Shown in pieces: positions 1 through 9,894 of a stretch of 57,957 nucleotides of DNA; position 1 is the first letter of the stretch; each line of letters starts with the position of its first letter. The DNA lies in the IMG/VR virus record IMGVR_UViG_3300034375_000839, positions 1 through 57,957 of that record. One strand, written 5' to 3'. A program made the position numbers and the translations under genes. Under the pieces are notes generated by a model. It was not told the origin of the DNA, did not search any database, and saw only the letters and a program-made list of their open reading frames with translations. Source of the stretch: a virus. Its lineage: Duplodnaviria; Caudoviricetes.

Positions 1-2
1 TT

Positions 3-191
3 ATTGATATTATTATGTTGCATCTTGCAGAAGACCAACAAGGATATCAAAACTTTGAAAAATTTGGTGGGTTACCTTCTACTAAGTCTTTTGGCACTAG
101 CCCAACTGGTGATATAAAATTTACTACTACTGGTGCTGGGGCAGTAGGAGACTCTTACCAAGTGGTTCTTAGAGTGTCTAAAGATTATTAA
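3..191 (+). CDS. Partial (5'-truncated) phage protein, probably virion-associated
   Basis: Frame 3 is open from the window start (IDIIMLHLAEDQQGYQNFEKFGGLP...GDIKFTT...VVLRVSKDY) to TAA at 189-191; it is followed by the RBS AGGAGA of the next gene. Confidence 0.6.
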   Translation: MDIIMLHLAEDQQGYQNFEKFGGLPSTKSFGTSPTGDIKFTTTGAGAVGDSYQVVLRVSKDY

Positions 192-202
192 GGAGAATAA
201 AT

Positions 203-1003
203 ATGGCTCAAGTATCTTCAATTAGTAGGGTTGGAACTACTGAGCCATTTTATCTTCAAGTAGCTCGTAATCAAATATCATTTCACAAAAGTATTTTTAA
301 ATTTGGTAATAATACAAGTGTTGGAAATACTTTAGAAACAGTATGGGCAGAAGGTGGTCTTTATAGTTATCTAACTTCTGCTTCTGTACTAAAAGTCTCT
401 AGTTCTTCAACTGCAGATACTTCAGCAGGAACAGGAGCAAGAACTGTACAACTTTTTGGCTTAGATACAAACTATGATGAAATAAACGAAACAGTTACTT
501 TAAATGGTCAGACTGCAGTAAATACAACTAAAGAGTATTTAAGAATCAATAGAATGGTTGTTAGGTCTGCAGGAACTGGTGGTGCAAATGCAGGTGTTAT
601 ATATGCAGGCACAGGTACAGTTACAACAGGTGTTCCTGCTAATGTTTATGCTTCTGTAAATGGAGTAACAGGAGCAAATCAAAGTCTGATGGCTCTTTGG
701 ACAGTCCCAGCAGGATACACTGCTTACATTCTTCAATATGATATATCTAATGGAACTACTTCTAATACTCCTGCAGTTTGTAAAATGGTACTAGCAGTAA
801 GACCTTATGGAGAAGTTTTTCAATCTAAAGATGTTAAATCTTTAACAACAAGTATGCACGTTGAAGAAACATTTTCAATTCCTTTAAAGGTTGAGGAAAA
901 ATCAGATATTGAGGTAAGAGCATTATCTTCTTCAGGTAGTGTCAGCTTTGATATTTCAGCAGCTTTAGAAATTATATATATTAAGAATGAGACATTGACA
1001 TGA
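203..1003 (+). CDS. Putative virion structural protein (beta-rich)
   Basis: 266-aa ORF with RBS AGGAGA; Ser/Thr/Gly/Val-rich; lies in the structural module; a paralogous 5' end occurs at 57746. Confidence 0.6.
   Translation: MAQVSSISRVGTTEPFYLQVARNQISFHKSIFKFGNNTSVGNTLETVWAEGGLYSYLTSASVLKVSSSSTADTSAGTGARTVQLFGLDTNYDEINETVTLNGQTAVNTTKEYLRINRMVVRSAGTGGANAGVIYAGTGTVTTGVPANVYASVNGVTGANQSLMALWTVPAGYTAYILQYDISNGTTSNTPAVCKMVLAVRPYGEVFQSKDVKSLTTSMHVEETFSIPLKVEEKSDIEVRALSSSGSVSFDISAALEIIYIKNETLT
292..414 (+). repeat. 123-bp exact repeat, copy 1 (copy 2 is 57835-57957)
   Basis: tatttttaaatttggtaataatac...agttcttcaactgc is identical to the last 123 nt of the window. Confidence 0.95.
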
Positions 1004-1671
1004 GTACATCAGGCACATATGACTTTTCTATGGACATAGATGAAGTCATTCAAGAAGCAATGGAAATGATAGGTGGTGAGCCTACACTAGGACATGAACC
1101 TAAATCTGCAAGAAGGTCAATTAACTTACTACTATCTGATTGGCAAAACAGAGACATAATGTTATGGACTGCAGAAACTTCTGTGTTTACAGTTTCTGTA
1201 AGTACAACTACATATTCACTTGCATCTTCAAGCATTGACGTATTAGAAGCAGTTGTTAATAGAGATAATACTGACATACAGTTAGAACGTATATCTATGC
1301 AAGAATATTTAAAGATACCTAATAAGAGACAAACAGGTAGACCTACTCAGTATGCAGTAAGACATGAAAGAGATAACCCTGTAGTCTATCTCTGGCCGCT
1401 ACCTGAAAATTCTACAGACCAAGTAAAGATAGAACTTATAAGATATATGCAGGATGTTAATAAGTCTGCAGTACAAACAGCAGATATTTCAAGAAAGTTT
1501 TTACCATGTTTAAGTGCAGGTCTTGCATATTATATGTCAATGAAAAGACCTAATGTAGACATGAATAGAATTACAATGATTAAAACAGAATATGAAGAAA
1601 GACTTGCAAGAGCTTTAACTGAAGACAGAGAAAGAGCAAGTCTTTTTATAACACCAAAGATTAGTATATAA
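1000..1671 (+). CDS. Head-tail connector / tail tubular protein A-like
   Basis: MSTSGTYDF N-terminus, ARRSINLLLSDWQNR, TGRPTQY and LWPLP motifs typical of podovirus-type adaptor proteins; genomic context. Confidence 0.6.
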   Translation: MSTSGTYDFSMDIDEVIQEAMEMIGGEPTLGHEPKSARRSINLLLSDWQNRDIMLWTAETSVFTVSVSTTTYSLASSSIDVLEAVVNRDNTDIQLERISMQEYLKIPNKRQTGRPTQYAVRHERDNPVVYLWPLPENSTDQVKIELIRYMQDVNKSAVQTADISRKFLPCLSAGLAYYMSMKRPNVDMNRITMIKTEYEERLARALTEDRERASLFITPKISI

Positions 1672-1949
1672 TGGCTACAAATAAAAATGTATATGGTTTG
1701 TGTGACACTTGTGGTTTTAGATATAAGTTAAGACAGCTTAAAAAAACCAGTTATGGAACAATGGTATGTCCTCAAGATTATGATGGAGCATATGATTTAA
1801 AGAACCATCCACAAAATAAAAGTCCACGAATACAAGAAAACTTTTTTATTAGAGATTCACGACCTGACCCTAGAACAGATATACAATCTAATTGGGAGTC
1901 ATTAGAACAAAATTGGGAAGATACTAACAATGATTGGAATACAATATGA
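1671..1949 (+). CDS. Small Cys-containing phage protein
   Basis: CDTCGFRY...MVCPQDYD...HPQN; translationally coupled to the upstream gene (TAATG). Confidence 0.6.
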   Translation: MATNKNVYGLCDTCGFRYKLRQLKKTSYGTMVCPQDYDGAYDLKNHPQNKSPRIQENFFIRDSRPDPRTDIQSNWESLEQNWEDTNNDWNTI

Positions 1950-3391
1950 GTAATTTTACAGGGCAAAAAATTGCAAATACTTATAAACAATTACTTCAAG
2001 TTAATACAAGTAACTCAGATTTAAGTAGCACTTTAATAACTGTAGAGACAGGAGCAGGTAATGCAACTCCACTACAACTTGCAACAGACAAAGTTAATAT
2101 TAATGGAACATTTCAATTAGGTGGAGAAACTTTAACTGCCAATGTTTCTGCATTAAATAACATTGCAGACCTTTCAGGTATTACAGGAATTGTTGTAGGA
2201 GATTCAGGAAGTCTTTCAGGAAGAACTCTTGTTGGTGGAAGTCCTATAACAATTACTAATGCTAATGGTACTGCAGGCAACCCTACTATAAGTCTTGCCA
2301 CTACAGGGATAACTTCTGCAACTTATGGACCATTAGCTAGACTTAATATAGATACATATGGAAGAGTTATAGATGTAAGTATTGCAACTACAGTTTCTGC
2401 AAATTCATTTATAGGTGGAGTTTTTAATGGTTCTTCTCTTACTGTAGAAAACGATACTTCTATTGGTGGTGATGTAGTTATTCAAGGCACTACTAATATG
2501 AAGGCAGTTAGTGCAACTGATGTAACTTTAAATAATCTTACTGTCGGAACTAAAATAACTGCAGCAACAGTTACTGCAACTACAATAGAAACAAGTGTAT
2601 TAAGAGCAACTAAAGCAAGTATAACAGATTTAACTGCAGACACTTTAAGTTTTGATAGTGTGTCTGTTAGTTCTATAAACACAAATATTGTTAATGTTGT
2701 TAGTTCTACAAACTTATCTGATAATGCCACTCTTAATTTTGGTGATGATAATGATTTAATTATTCAACATAATGGAGTTCATTCTGTAATTAAAGAAGCA
2801 GGAACTGGTGATTTATTTATTCAGAGTAACAGAATAAAATTAACTAATACTGGTTCGTTTTCAATGCTTACTCTTGCAGATGGACAAGACGCAGAGTTTC
2901 CATATGGTGTACAAGTTAGTGGTACAGTAAGTGCAACAAGTTTTGTAGGACCTACTATTACTTCTATTAATAATGTAATAGCTAATGTAAGTGCTTTAAC
3001 ACAAACTAATCTTGATGCAGTTACATCTATTAATACAGTTATAGATAATCTTAGTGCAACTATAGCAACAAGTATTGATAATAGAACTCAAGCAATTACA
3101 AGTATAAATAATGTTATTACAAATCTTAGTGCCACATTTGCTACAAGTATTGATAATACAAATACAAATGTAACAACTAATATAAATGCCATTACAAGTA
3201 TTAATACTGTTATTACAAATCTTAGTGCAACAATGGCAACGAGTATTGATAATACAAATACAAATGTAACAACTAATATAAATGCTATTACAAGTATTAA
3301 TACTGTTGTAGCTAATTTATCTTCTACAATGGCAACAAGTATTGATAACACTAATGGTGCAGCTCTTGCATTTGCTATTGCATTAGGATAA
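1934..3391 (+). CDS. Tail fibre / fibre-anchoring protein with C-terminal repeats
   Basis: Thr/Ser/Asn-rich; FGDDNDLIIQHNG fibre motif; repeated AITSINTVITNLSATMATSIDN units; ends ALAFAIALG. The start may be at 1946. Confidence 0.65.
   Translation: MEYNMSNFTGQKIANTYKQLLQVNTSNSDLSSTLITVETGAGNATPLQLATDKVNINGTFQLGGETLTANVSALNNIADLSGITGIVVGDSGSLSGRTLVGGSPITITNANGTAGNPTISLATTGITSATYGPLARLNIDTYGRVIDVSIATTVSANSFIGGVFNGSSLTVENDTSIGGDVVIQGTTNMKAVSATDVTLNNLTVGTKITAATVTATTIETSVLRATKASITDLTADTLSFDSVSVSSINTNIVNVVSSTNLSDNATLNFGDDNDLIIQHNGVHSVIKEAGTGDLFIQSNRIKLTNTGSFSMLTLADGQDAEFPYGVQVSGTVSATSFVGPTITSINNVIANVSALTQTNLDAVTSINTVIDNLSATIATSIDNRTQAITSINNVITNLSATFATSIDNTNTNVTTNINAITSINTVITNLSATMATSIDNTNTNVTTNINAITSINTVVANLSSTMATSIDNTNGAALAFAIALG
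2950..3350 (+). repeat. Intragenic imperfect tandem repeats (about 25-32 aa units)
   Basis: acaagtattgataatacaaatacaaatgtaacaactaatataaatgc recurs with a 96-nt period; protein units TSIN(T/N)VI(T/A)NLSATxATSIDN. Confidence 0.85.
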
Positions 3392-3406
3392 AACATCAAG
3401 TATAAT
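3378..3406 (+). promoter_or_regulatory. sigma70-like promoter for the tail-fibre block
   Basis: TTGCAT-17 nt-TATAAT directly upstream of the ORF at 3429. Confidence 0.65.
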
Positions 3407-3428
3407 ATAATATAATAAGGAAAAAGAA

Positions 3429-3776
3429 ATGGCAAACTTATTTTTATCAGAAACAAATGCAGGGATTGGAACATCGTCTGCTACCATATTAACATGTGGT
3501 GCTGATACTGAAACTACCATTATAGGTCTTAGTATTTCTAACATAGTTACAAGTCAAATCACTGTAGATGTACAGCTTGATGCTTCAGGTCGTACTAGTG
3601 GTACAGAAGACAGTGTATACATTGTTAAGGATGCACCTATACCTGTAGGTGGTTCATTGGTAGTTGTAGGTGGAGACCAAAAACTTGTATTAGAACCAGG
3701 AGATGCAGTTAAAGTTACATCTAGTCAGGCATCTTCTGCTGATGTTGTTCTGAGTCATCTAGATATTACAACATAA
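3429..3776 (+). CDS. Small virion protein (fibre adaptor-like)
   Basis: 115 aa with IVKDAPIPVGGSLVVVGGDQKLVLEPGD motif; sits between fibre genes. Confidence 0.55.
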   Translation: MANLFLSETNAGIGTSSATILTCGADTETTIIGLSISNIVTSQITVDVQLDASGRTSGTEDSVYIVKDAPIPVGGSLVVVGGDQKLVLEPGDAVKVTSSQASSADVVLSHLDITT

Positions 3777-3786
3777 GGGGTAACGT

Positions 3787-5346
3787 ATGACATACGTAGG
3801 GAAAAAACCTGCCGATATAATTGCAACTGCTGTTGACACAACTACAGGTACGTTTAGTGGTGACCTGACAGTAGACACAAACACACTTTATGTAGACTCA
3901 GCTAACAATAAGGTTGGTGTGGGTACTGTAAGTCCTCAAAGAATCTTACATTTAAATGAAGCTACTAGTGGGTCTAATTATTTACATATTACCAATAGCA
4001 CTACTGGTACAACATCCACAGATGGTTTGATATTTGGTATAGATGGTTCAGAGCAAGGTTATATTTGGCATTATGAAGCAAAAAACTTTATATTAGGAAC
4101 TAATAACACAGAACGCATGAGAATAGACTCCAGTGGCAACGTGGGTATTGGTACTAGTAGTCCTAGTGTTGAACTTTCAATCGCTGGTTCTGACCCGCAA
4201 CTTGTCCTTTGGGAGGGAACTGATGGAGCAAGTAGTTCAAAGGTTCAACTTGGAACGGGAGCTGTTCAAGGTTTTGTAAATATTCATAAGGGAGATGGAA
4301 CAAGAACAGTTCAATTAAACTCTGATGGTGATACCTACCTTAATGGTGGCAATGTTGGTATTGGTACTAGTAGTCCTTCAGAAACACTTGAGATAAACAG
4401 TGGCATAGGAAACATTGGTGCAAAACTTGTAAGCACAGACAATTTAGCAGTAATTGCCTTTAAAGATAACAGCACAACAGATGTTCAGTATTTAGGTGCT
4501 AATGGTGATAACTTAGTGTTTCATGCAGGAACTACACCATCAGAACGCATGAGAATAGACAGCAATGGAAGAGCCTTAATAAATTTAACTGGAGAAGTTC
4601 AATCTTCTAATGCAAAGTTACAGATTAGCAATACTGCTGATGATGTTGTTTTAATTAACAGAACAAATGATGGTGACCAAATAACTTTTCATGTCAATGG
4701 AAACTCTGCATCAGGAAGTATTGGTACTTTTGATGCAGGTTACTTATATATTGCATCAACTCGTACAACAGATGCAGGTATAAAAATTGGTACATCTCGT
4801 GTTGTGCCGAGTACCACAACTGGTGCAGATAGGGATGATGCTATTGACTTAGGTTATTCTAGTGGTCGTTGGAAAGACCTCTACCTATCAGGTGGTGTAG
4901 TCTTTGGTAGCACTGGTGGTGCAGTAACAAGCAAAACTTTGGATGACTATGAAGAGGGAACTTGCACATTTACTTATACTGGAAGCAGTGGTAATCCCAC
5001 TGTAACCTATGGTAGTGTTAGATATGGTTTTTATACAAAAATAGGTAGAAAAGTTTTTATTGAAGGAAGGATTAGAACAGATGCTTTTAGTGGTGGTTCA
5101 GGTTTACTTCAAGTATCTGGTTTACCATTTACTGTATCAAATATAGACCCAGACAAATACACTTCAGGTGGTGGTATAGTTTCAAATGATTTTGGTTCTA
5201 ATCAGCCACATTCAACAATGGCAATAGCAGGAACTACATCATTTTACTGTATATATGGAAACTATAATGTAAATAATATTTCTGATTGTCAAGATGGTTC
5301 TAATAAAAATCAAATACAGTTTTCATTTTTTTATATGGCAATATAA
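3787..5346 (+). CDS. Tail fibre protein 1
   Basis: Repeated ERMRIDSSGNVGIGTSSP units; C-terminal LDDYEEGT...YTKIGRKV receptor-binding-type domain. Confidence 0.8.
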   Translation: MTYVGKKPADIIATAVDTTTGTFSGDLTVDTNTLYVDSANNKVGVGTVSPQRILHLNEATSGSNYLHITNSTTGTTSTDGLIFGIDGSEQGYIWHYEAKNFILGTNNTERMRIDSSGNVGIGTSSPSVELSIAGSDPQLVLWEGTDGASSSKVQLGTGAVQGFVNIHKGDGTRTVQLNSDGDTYLNGGNVGIGTSSPSETLEINSGIGNIGAKLVSTDNLAVIAFKDNSTTDVQYLGANGDNLVFHAGTTPSERMRIDSNGRALINLTGEVQSSNAKLQISNTADDVVLINRTNDGDQITFHVNGNSASGSIGTFDAGYLYIASTRTTDAGIKIGTSRVVPSTTTGADRDDAIDLGYSSGRWKDLYLSGGVVFGSTGGAVTSKTLDDYEEGTCTFTYTGSSGNPTVTYGSVRYGFYTKIGRKVFIEGRIRTDAFSGGSGLLQVSGLPFTVSNIDPDKYTSGGGIVSNDFGSNQPHSTMAIAGTTSFYCIYGNYNVNNISDCQDGSNKNQIQFSFFYMAI

Positions 5347-5359
5347 ATAGGAGATAAAA

Positions 5360-5635
5360 ATGGCTTTAACAGAAGAGACAATACAAGACAAAATAGAAAT
5401 CGTAGGTGACTACAAAATGGTTCAGGTGAGGACAGCAGTGGTTATCAAGAGAGATGGCACAGAGATAAGCAGAAGCTTCTCAAGGCACGTTGTTGCACCT
5501 AATATAAGTGCAACTGACTTAGCCAATGAGAGTACAGAAGTACAAGCAATATGTAATGCAGTACATACAGAAGCAATCAAGACAGCATATGCTACACATT
5601 TAGCTAACACACATTTAGCTAACCAAGAGGTTTAA
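5360..5635 (+). CDS. Putative tail fibre chaperone/accessory protein
   Basis: Small ORF immediately after fibre 1 with RBS AGGAGA; contains a 15-nt tandem duplication (THLAN-THLAN, 5594-5623). Confidence 0.55.
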   Translation: MALTEETIQDKIEIVGDYKMVQVRTAVVIKRDGTEISRSFSRHVVAPNISATDLANESTEVQAICNAVHTEAIKTAYATHLANTHLANQEV

Positions 5636-5638
5636 TTA

Positions 5639-7417
5639 ATGGCATACATAGGAGTATCTCCTTCCAACGGAGTTAGACAAAAACATACCTATACTGCTAC
5701 TTCAGGTCAGACCACGTTTACTGGTTCAGACAATGCAGAGAATGTTACGTTAAGCTATAGAGATAGCAACTACGTTGATGTATATAGAAATGGTGTTAAG
5801 CTAGGTGACGCAGATTATACTGCCACTAGTGGTACATCTGTTGTACTAGGAGAAGGTGCTGCTGTTAATGATATAGTAGAGATTGTAACATATGATGTAT
5901 TCTCTGTAGCTGATACAGTAAGCAAGGCAGATGGTGGTACGTTTGATGGTAATGTTGCAATGGCAGGTACTCTTGCAGTTACAGGTGAGACTACTCTAAG
6001 TACACATCTTAACATGGGTGATAATGATATTATAAAAGTAGGTGACGGTGCTGACTTACAGATTTATCATGACCCATCTGCTCCCGGAGGAGCAACAAAC
6101 TTTATAAAAGAAAATGGAGGAATCTACACTTTTATTCAAGGTAATACTTTAAGACTAAGAAATAGAGATGGAAGTAAAAATTATATTAACATGGTTAGTG
6201 GTGCTGGTGTTGATATATACTACGATAATGCACCCAAACTAGCCACCACCTCAACAGGCATACAAGTAACAGGTAACATAGCTAATGCTAGTGGTGATTT
6301 TACACTTGATGTAGCAGGAGATATTACTCTTGATGCTGATGGTGAAGATATAAGATTAAAAGATGGTGGTTATGAATGGGGTAGATTTACTCATACAGGT
6401 CATTTTGGGATACAAAATCCAGTCAGTAATGCAGACATACAGTTTTTTGGCAATGATGGTGGTGCGACTATTACTGCTCTTACACTTGATATGTCAGATG
6501 CAGGTACTGCTACATTTAATCACGATATAAAACTATCTGATAATGCAATTATTGATTGTGGTGGAAACCTAAGATTAGATGCTGAAAATGCAAATATAAT
6601 TTTTCAAGATACTGGAACAGCTTATGGAAAAATATTTAAAAGTAGTGATGACTTTGTAATAAAATCAGAAATTAATCACGGAGACATAATTTTTCAAGGA
6701 TTTTATAATGGTTCTACTATAACTGCTCTTACCCTTAATATGGGAATTGATGGTACTGCCCAGTTTAAGGATAAAATACAATGCAATTCTATAAATACTG
6801 GTTCTTCTACTGGAAGTTTAACAATGTTTGGTGGTGGTACAAACAAGGGTGGTACGATTGAGTTATCAGGTGGTAACAATACTGGCTCAACTGGAGCAGG
6901 TATTGTATTTAAAACTGGTGCTTCTACTAGCAGTCCTTCAGAAAAAATGAGGATTGACCAATATGGTCATGTAACTATGCCAAATCAACCTGCTTTTCAA
7001 GTTTATGGTAATACAAATACAAGCATTTCCTCATTAGCAACTTACACAACAGCTATTTTAAATGTCGAAGTATTTGACCAAAATGGCGATTTTAACACAG
7101 GTAATTATAAATTTACAGCACCTGTTACTGGCAAATATCAATTAAATGCAATTGTTAGGTTAGATGATTTACAAAATGATTCTACTTTTTATATAGCACA
7201 GATAGGAACATCAAATAAAGAATATAAAGTGATTTTAGATACAGATGTTTTTAGTGCTGATTTACAATATCACACATTTACAATTAGTGTATTAGCAGAT
7301 ATGGATGCAAGTGATACTGCAGAAGTACAAGTCTATCAAAATTCTGGAACTTTAGGAAGTTCTGTAGTAATAGGAAATCCAAATTACACAATTTTTTCAG
7401 GCTACTTAGTAGCATAA
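5639..7417 (+). CDS. Tail fibre protein 2 with C-terminal C1q-like domain
   Basis: MAYIG..P / TYTATSGQTTF N-terminus; TITALTLDM repeats; C-terminal PAF...FTAPVTGKYQL...FSGYLV fits a C1q-like trimeric head. Confidence 0.75.
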   Translation: MAYIGVSPSNGVRQKHTYTATSGQTTFTGSDNAENVTLSYRDSNYVDVYRNGVKLGDADYTATSGTSVVLGEGAAVNDIVEIVTYDVFSVADTVSKADGGTFDGNVAMAGTLAVTGETTLSTHLNMGDNDIIKVGDGADLQIYHDPSAPGGATNFIKENGGIYTFIQGNTLRLRNRDGSKNYINMVSGAGVDIYYDNAPKLATTSTGIQVTGNIANASGDFTLDVAGDITLDADGEDIRLKDGGYEWGRFTHTGHFGIQNPVSNADIQFFGNDGGATITALTLDMSDAGTATFNHDIKLSDNAIIDCGGNLRLDAENANIIFQDTGTAYGKIFKSSDDFVIKSEINHGDIIFQGFYNGSTITALTLNMGIDGTAQFKDKIQCNSINTGSSTGSLTMFGGGTNKGGTIELSGGNNTGSTGAGIVFKTGASTSSPSEKMRIDQYGHVTMPNQPAFQVYGNTNTSISSLATYTTAILNVEVFDQNGDFNTGNYKFTAPVTGKYQLNAIVRLDDLQNDSTFYIAQIGTSNKEYKVILDTDVFSADLQYHTFTISVLADMDASDTAEVQVYQNSGTLGSSVVIGNPNYTIFSGYLVA

Positions 7418-7454
7418 GCCAAAGTGAAACAACGTAACATAAAGGAGTTATAAA

Positions 7455-7754
7455 ATGGCAAACCATACAAAGACAGTAACATTAACAGATTTACAACAGA
7501 AGATTTTATCTAATGATTTGTATAACGACACAGACAATGCAGGAATAGATACTTGGATACAAGGTGCTGTAGATGGCAAGATAAACAACTGTTGGAAAAG
7601 ATTTCAACAAGAGTGGACTACAAAACTAATGAACGACAGTAGCTTCACAGACCCAATACCATCTAATCAAGCAGACTTTGTTGCACTTGTAACAGCAAGA
7701 AGCGACTATCAAAATCGTAAACAACGTGATGATGCCAGTAATATAGGAGAATAA
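7455..7754 (+). CDS. Fibre-associated small protein
   Basis: 99 aa with RBS AAGGAG; GKINNCWKR motif; follows the C1q-type fibre. Confidence 0.55.
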   Translation: MANHTKTVTLTDLQQKILSNDLYNDTDNAGIDTWIQGAVDGKINNCWKRFQQEWTTKLMNDSSFTDPIPSNQADFVALVTARSDYQNRKQRDDASNIGE

Positions 7755-7755
7755 A

Positions 7756-8085
7756 ATGGCAGTAACATATACTTGGTCAATAGTTGATATGGAAAGACAA
7801 ATAACAATGGGCGATAAGTCTGATGTTATTACACAAATAACATATAAACTAGATGGCACAGAAACAGTAGATGGTACAGAATATACTGGCTCTATAAGTG
7901 AAACTGTTAGTGTTGAACTTGGCAGTCAACCATTTCAAGAATTTAGCTCTGTAACAGAAACAGATGCAATACAATGGGTAAAAGATAAGTTAGGTGCAGA
8001 TGGCATAGCTAATTCTGAGTTAAATGTGTCTAATCAAATAACTGAATCACAAACACCTATAACAGCAATGGGATTATCTTGGTAA
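7756..8085 (+). CDS. Fibre-associated small protein (paralogue of 9895-10206)
   Basis: MAVTYTWSI..MER...VTETDAIQWVKDKLG aligns by eye with MAVTWTIANMER...ITETQAIGWAKDALG; both end in SW. Confidence 0.6.
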   Translation: MAVTYTWSIVDMERQITMGDKSDVITQITYKLDGTETVDGTEYTGSISETVSVELGSQPFQEFSSVTETDAIQWVKDKLGADGIANSELNVSNQITESQTPITAMGLSW

Positions 8086-8099
8086 TTTAGGAGTAATAC

Positions 8100-9878
8100 A
8101 TGACAAGAGCAAAAGACATATCCAAGATAGTCACTGATGCAGACCTCAGTGGTACTCTTGATGTAACAGGTACAGTGACGGCAGGTGGGCTGACTTTAGC
8201 TCCTAGTCAAGTAATTAATTTAAATTCTGGTGCAGATTCTTTTGATGATATATTTCGTAATGACTCAGAAAACGCAACAATTATTAATGCTAGAAATAAT
8301 GTTAGAATAAATTTAGATTCTAATAGTGATAGCACAAGTGCTGAATTTGTTATTGGGTATAATGGCACAAACACAACTACAGCAAAGGCTTTATCTGTAG
8401 GTGAATCAGGTGACATCAGCTTCTACGAAGACACAGGCACAACACCAAAGCTATTTTGGGATGCTAGTGAAGAGGCTTTGGGGATTGGTACAACGACTCC
8501 ATCAACATTAATACATCTAGAAAGAGGCTCAACTGGTGCTGGTGGTGGTAGTAATGCAGGTATAACTATGACCAACAAGTTTGACTCTCCTGATAATAGT
8601 TGGTCAATCACTCCACAAAGAACTGGTGTTAGTAATACAGGATTACAAATAAGAGATGAGACTGATAGCAGAACAGATATGGTGTTTGATGGCTCAGGCA
8701 ATGTTGGGATTGGTACTAGTAGTCCATCTGATAAACTACATATTAAAGATGCGTCTTCAACAAACGTAATCATAGATGCACCAACAGATAATGCTAGTTT
8801 AACTTTGCAATGTGGTTCTTCAGATGCAGGAGCAGAGGGTGCTTTTATAAATTTTATTCAAAATACAACCTCTAAATGGCAAGTGGGTATGAACACTGAC
8901 AACACATTTAGATGGTATAATTATAATACATCTTCCGAAGCAATGCGTATAGACAGCAGTGGCAATGTTGGTATTGGTACTAGTAGTCCAGATGGTCGTG
9001 CAGACATTGCTCAAGACCAAAACACAACCAAGTTTACCGCACCTCACCTTGCCTTAACAGCTACTGGTACAACAGACACAACTGGGTTTACTGGTATATC
9101 TTATGCCACCTCTACTTTAACAAACTATGGTTGGACTGTTGGAGCATTAAGAGCAACATCTGGAGCTAATTCTGCTTTTCTTTTTACTCAACACAATGAC
9201 AGTGCAAGTGGTACAGAACGTATGCGTATCGATGCTAGTGGCAACTTGTTGGTGGGCAAGACGGCTACAGGTGACACGACAGAGGGTTTTGAAGCCCAAG
9301 CTAGTGGACGCACGACAATCTGTAGAGATAGCGCACAGCCTTTAAATGTTAGCCGAACAGGCACTGACGGCACACTGATAGCGTTTAAGGCGCAAGGCAC
9401 AGAAGAAGGTCAAATCACAGTATCTGGCACAACAGTTTCTTACAATGGTGGTCACTTAGCTAGATGGTCAAGATTACTTGATAACAGTAAAGACACAACC
9501 ATAGTCAAAGGTACAGTAATGACTAACCTTAATGAAATGGTTGAGTGGGGTGACGAAGATAACGAACAGTTAAATAAAATGGCAGTATCTAGTGTTGAGG
9601 GTGATGCTAATGTTGCAGGTGTTTTTGTTAACTGGGATGATGATGATGACTGGAATGACATGAACATTGCAATGACTGGTGATATGGTTATCCGTATTGC
9701 TCAAGGAATAACAGTCGCAAGAGGTGACTTGCTAATGAGTGCAGGAGATGGCACAGCGAAACCTCAAGGTGACGATATAGTTAGAAGTAAAACAATAGCC
9801 AAAGTTACTTCTACAAACGTATCACATACATATGATGATGGCACATATTTAGTGCCTTGTGTGTTGATGGCTTGCTAA
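8100..9878 (+). CDS. Tail fibre protein 3 with putative C-terminal intramolecular chaperone-like domain
   Basis: MTRAKD N-terminus; multiple MRIDSSGNVGIGTSSP units; C-terminal RGDLLMSAGDGTAKPQ...VPCVLMAC. Confidence 0.75.
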   Translation: MTRAKDISKIVTDADLSGTLDVTGTVTAGGLTLAPSQVINLNSGADSFDDIFRNDSENATIINARNNVRINLDSNSDSTSAEFVIGYNGTNTTTAKALSVGESGDISFYEDTGTTPKLFWDASEEALGIGTTTPSTLIHLERGSTGAGGGSNAGITMTNKFDSPDNSWSITPQRTGVSNTGLQIRDETDSRTDMVFDGSGNVGIGTSSPSDKLHIKDASSTNVIIDAPTDNASLTLQCGSSDAGAEGAFINFIQNTTSKWQVGMNTDNTFRWYNYNTSSEAMRIDSSGNVGIGTSSPDGRADIAQDQNTTKFTAPHLALTATGTTDTTGFTGISYATSTLTNYGWTVGALRATSGANSAFLFTQHNDSASGTERMRIDASGNLLVGKTATGDTTEGFEAQASGRTTICRDSAQPLNVSRTGTDGTLIAFKAQGTEEGQITVSGTTVSYNGGHLARWSRLLDNSKDTTIVKGTVMTNLNEMVEWGDEDNEQLNKMAVSSVEGDANVAGVFVNWDDDDDWNDMNIAMTGDMVIRIAQGITVARGDLLMSAGDGTAKPQGDDIVRSKTIAKVTSTNVSHTYDDGTYLVPCVLMAC

Positions 9879-9894
9879 CTAACAGGAGAATAAA

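Noticed and set aside
3787-9878. Diversity-generating retroelement acting on tail fibres
   Set aside because: No reverse transcriptase and no template/variable repeat pair differing only at adenines was seen.
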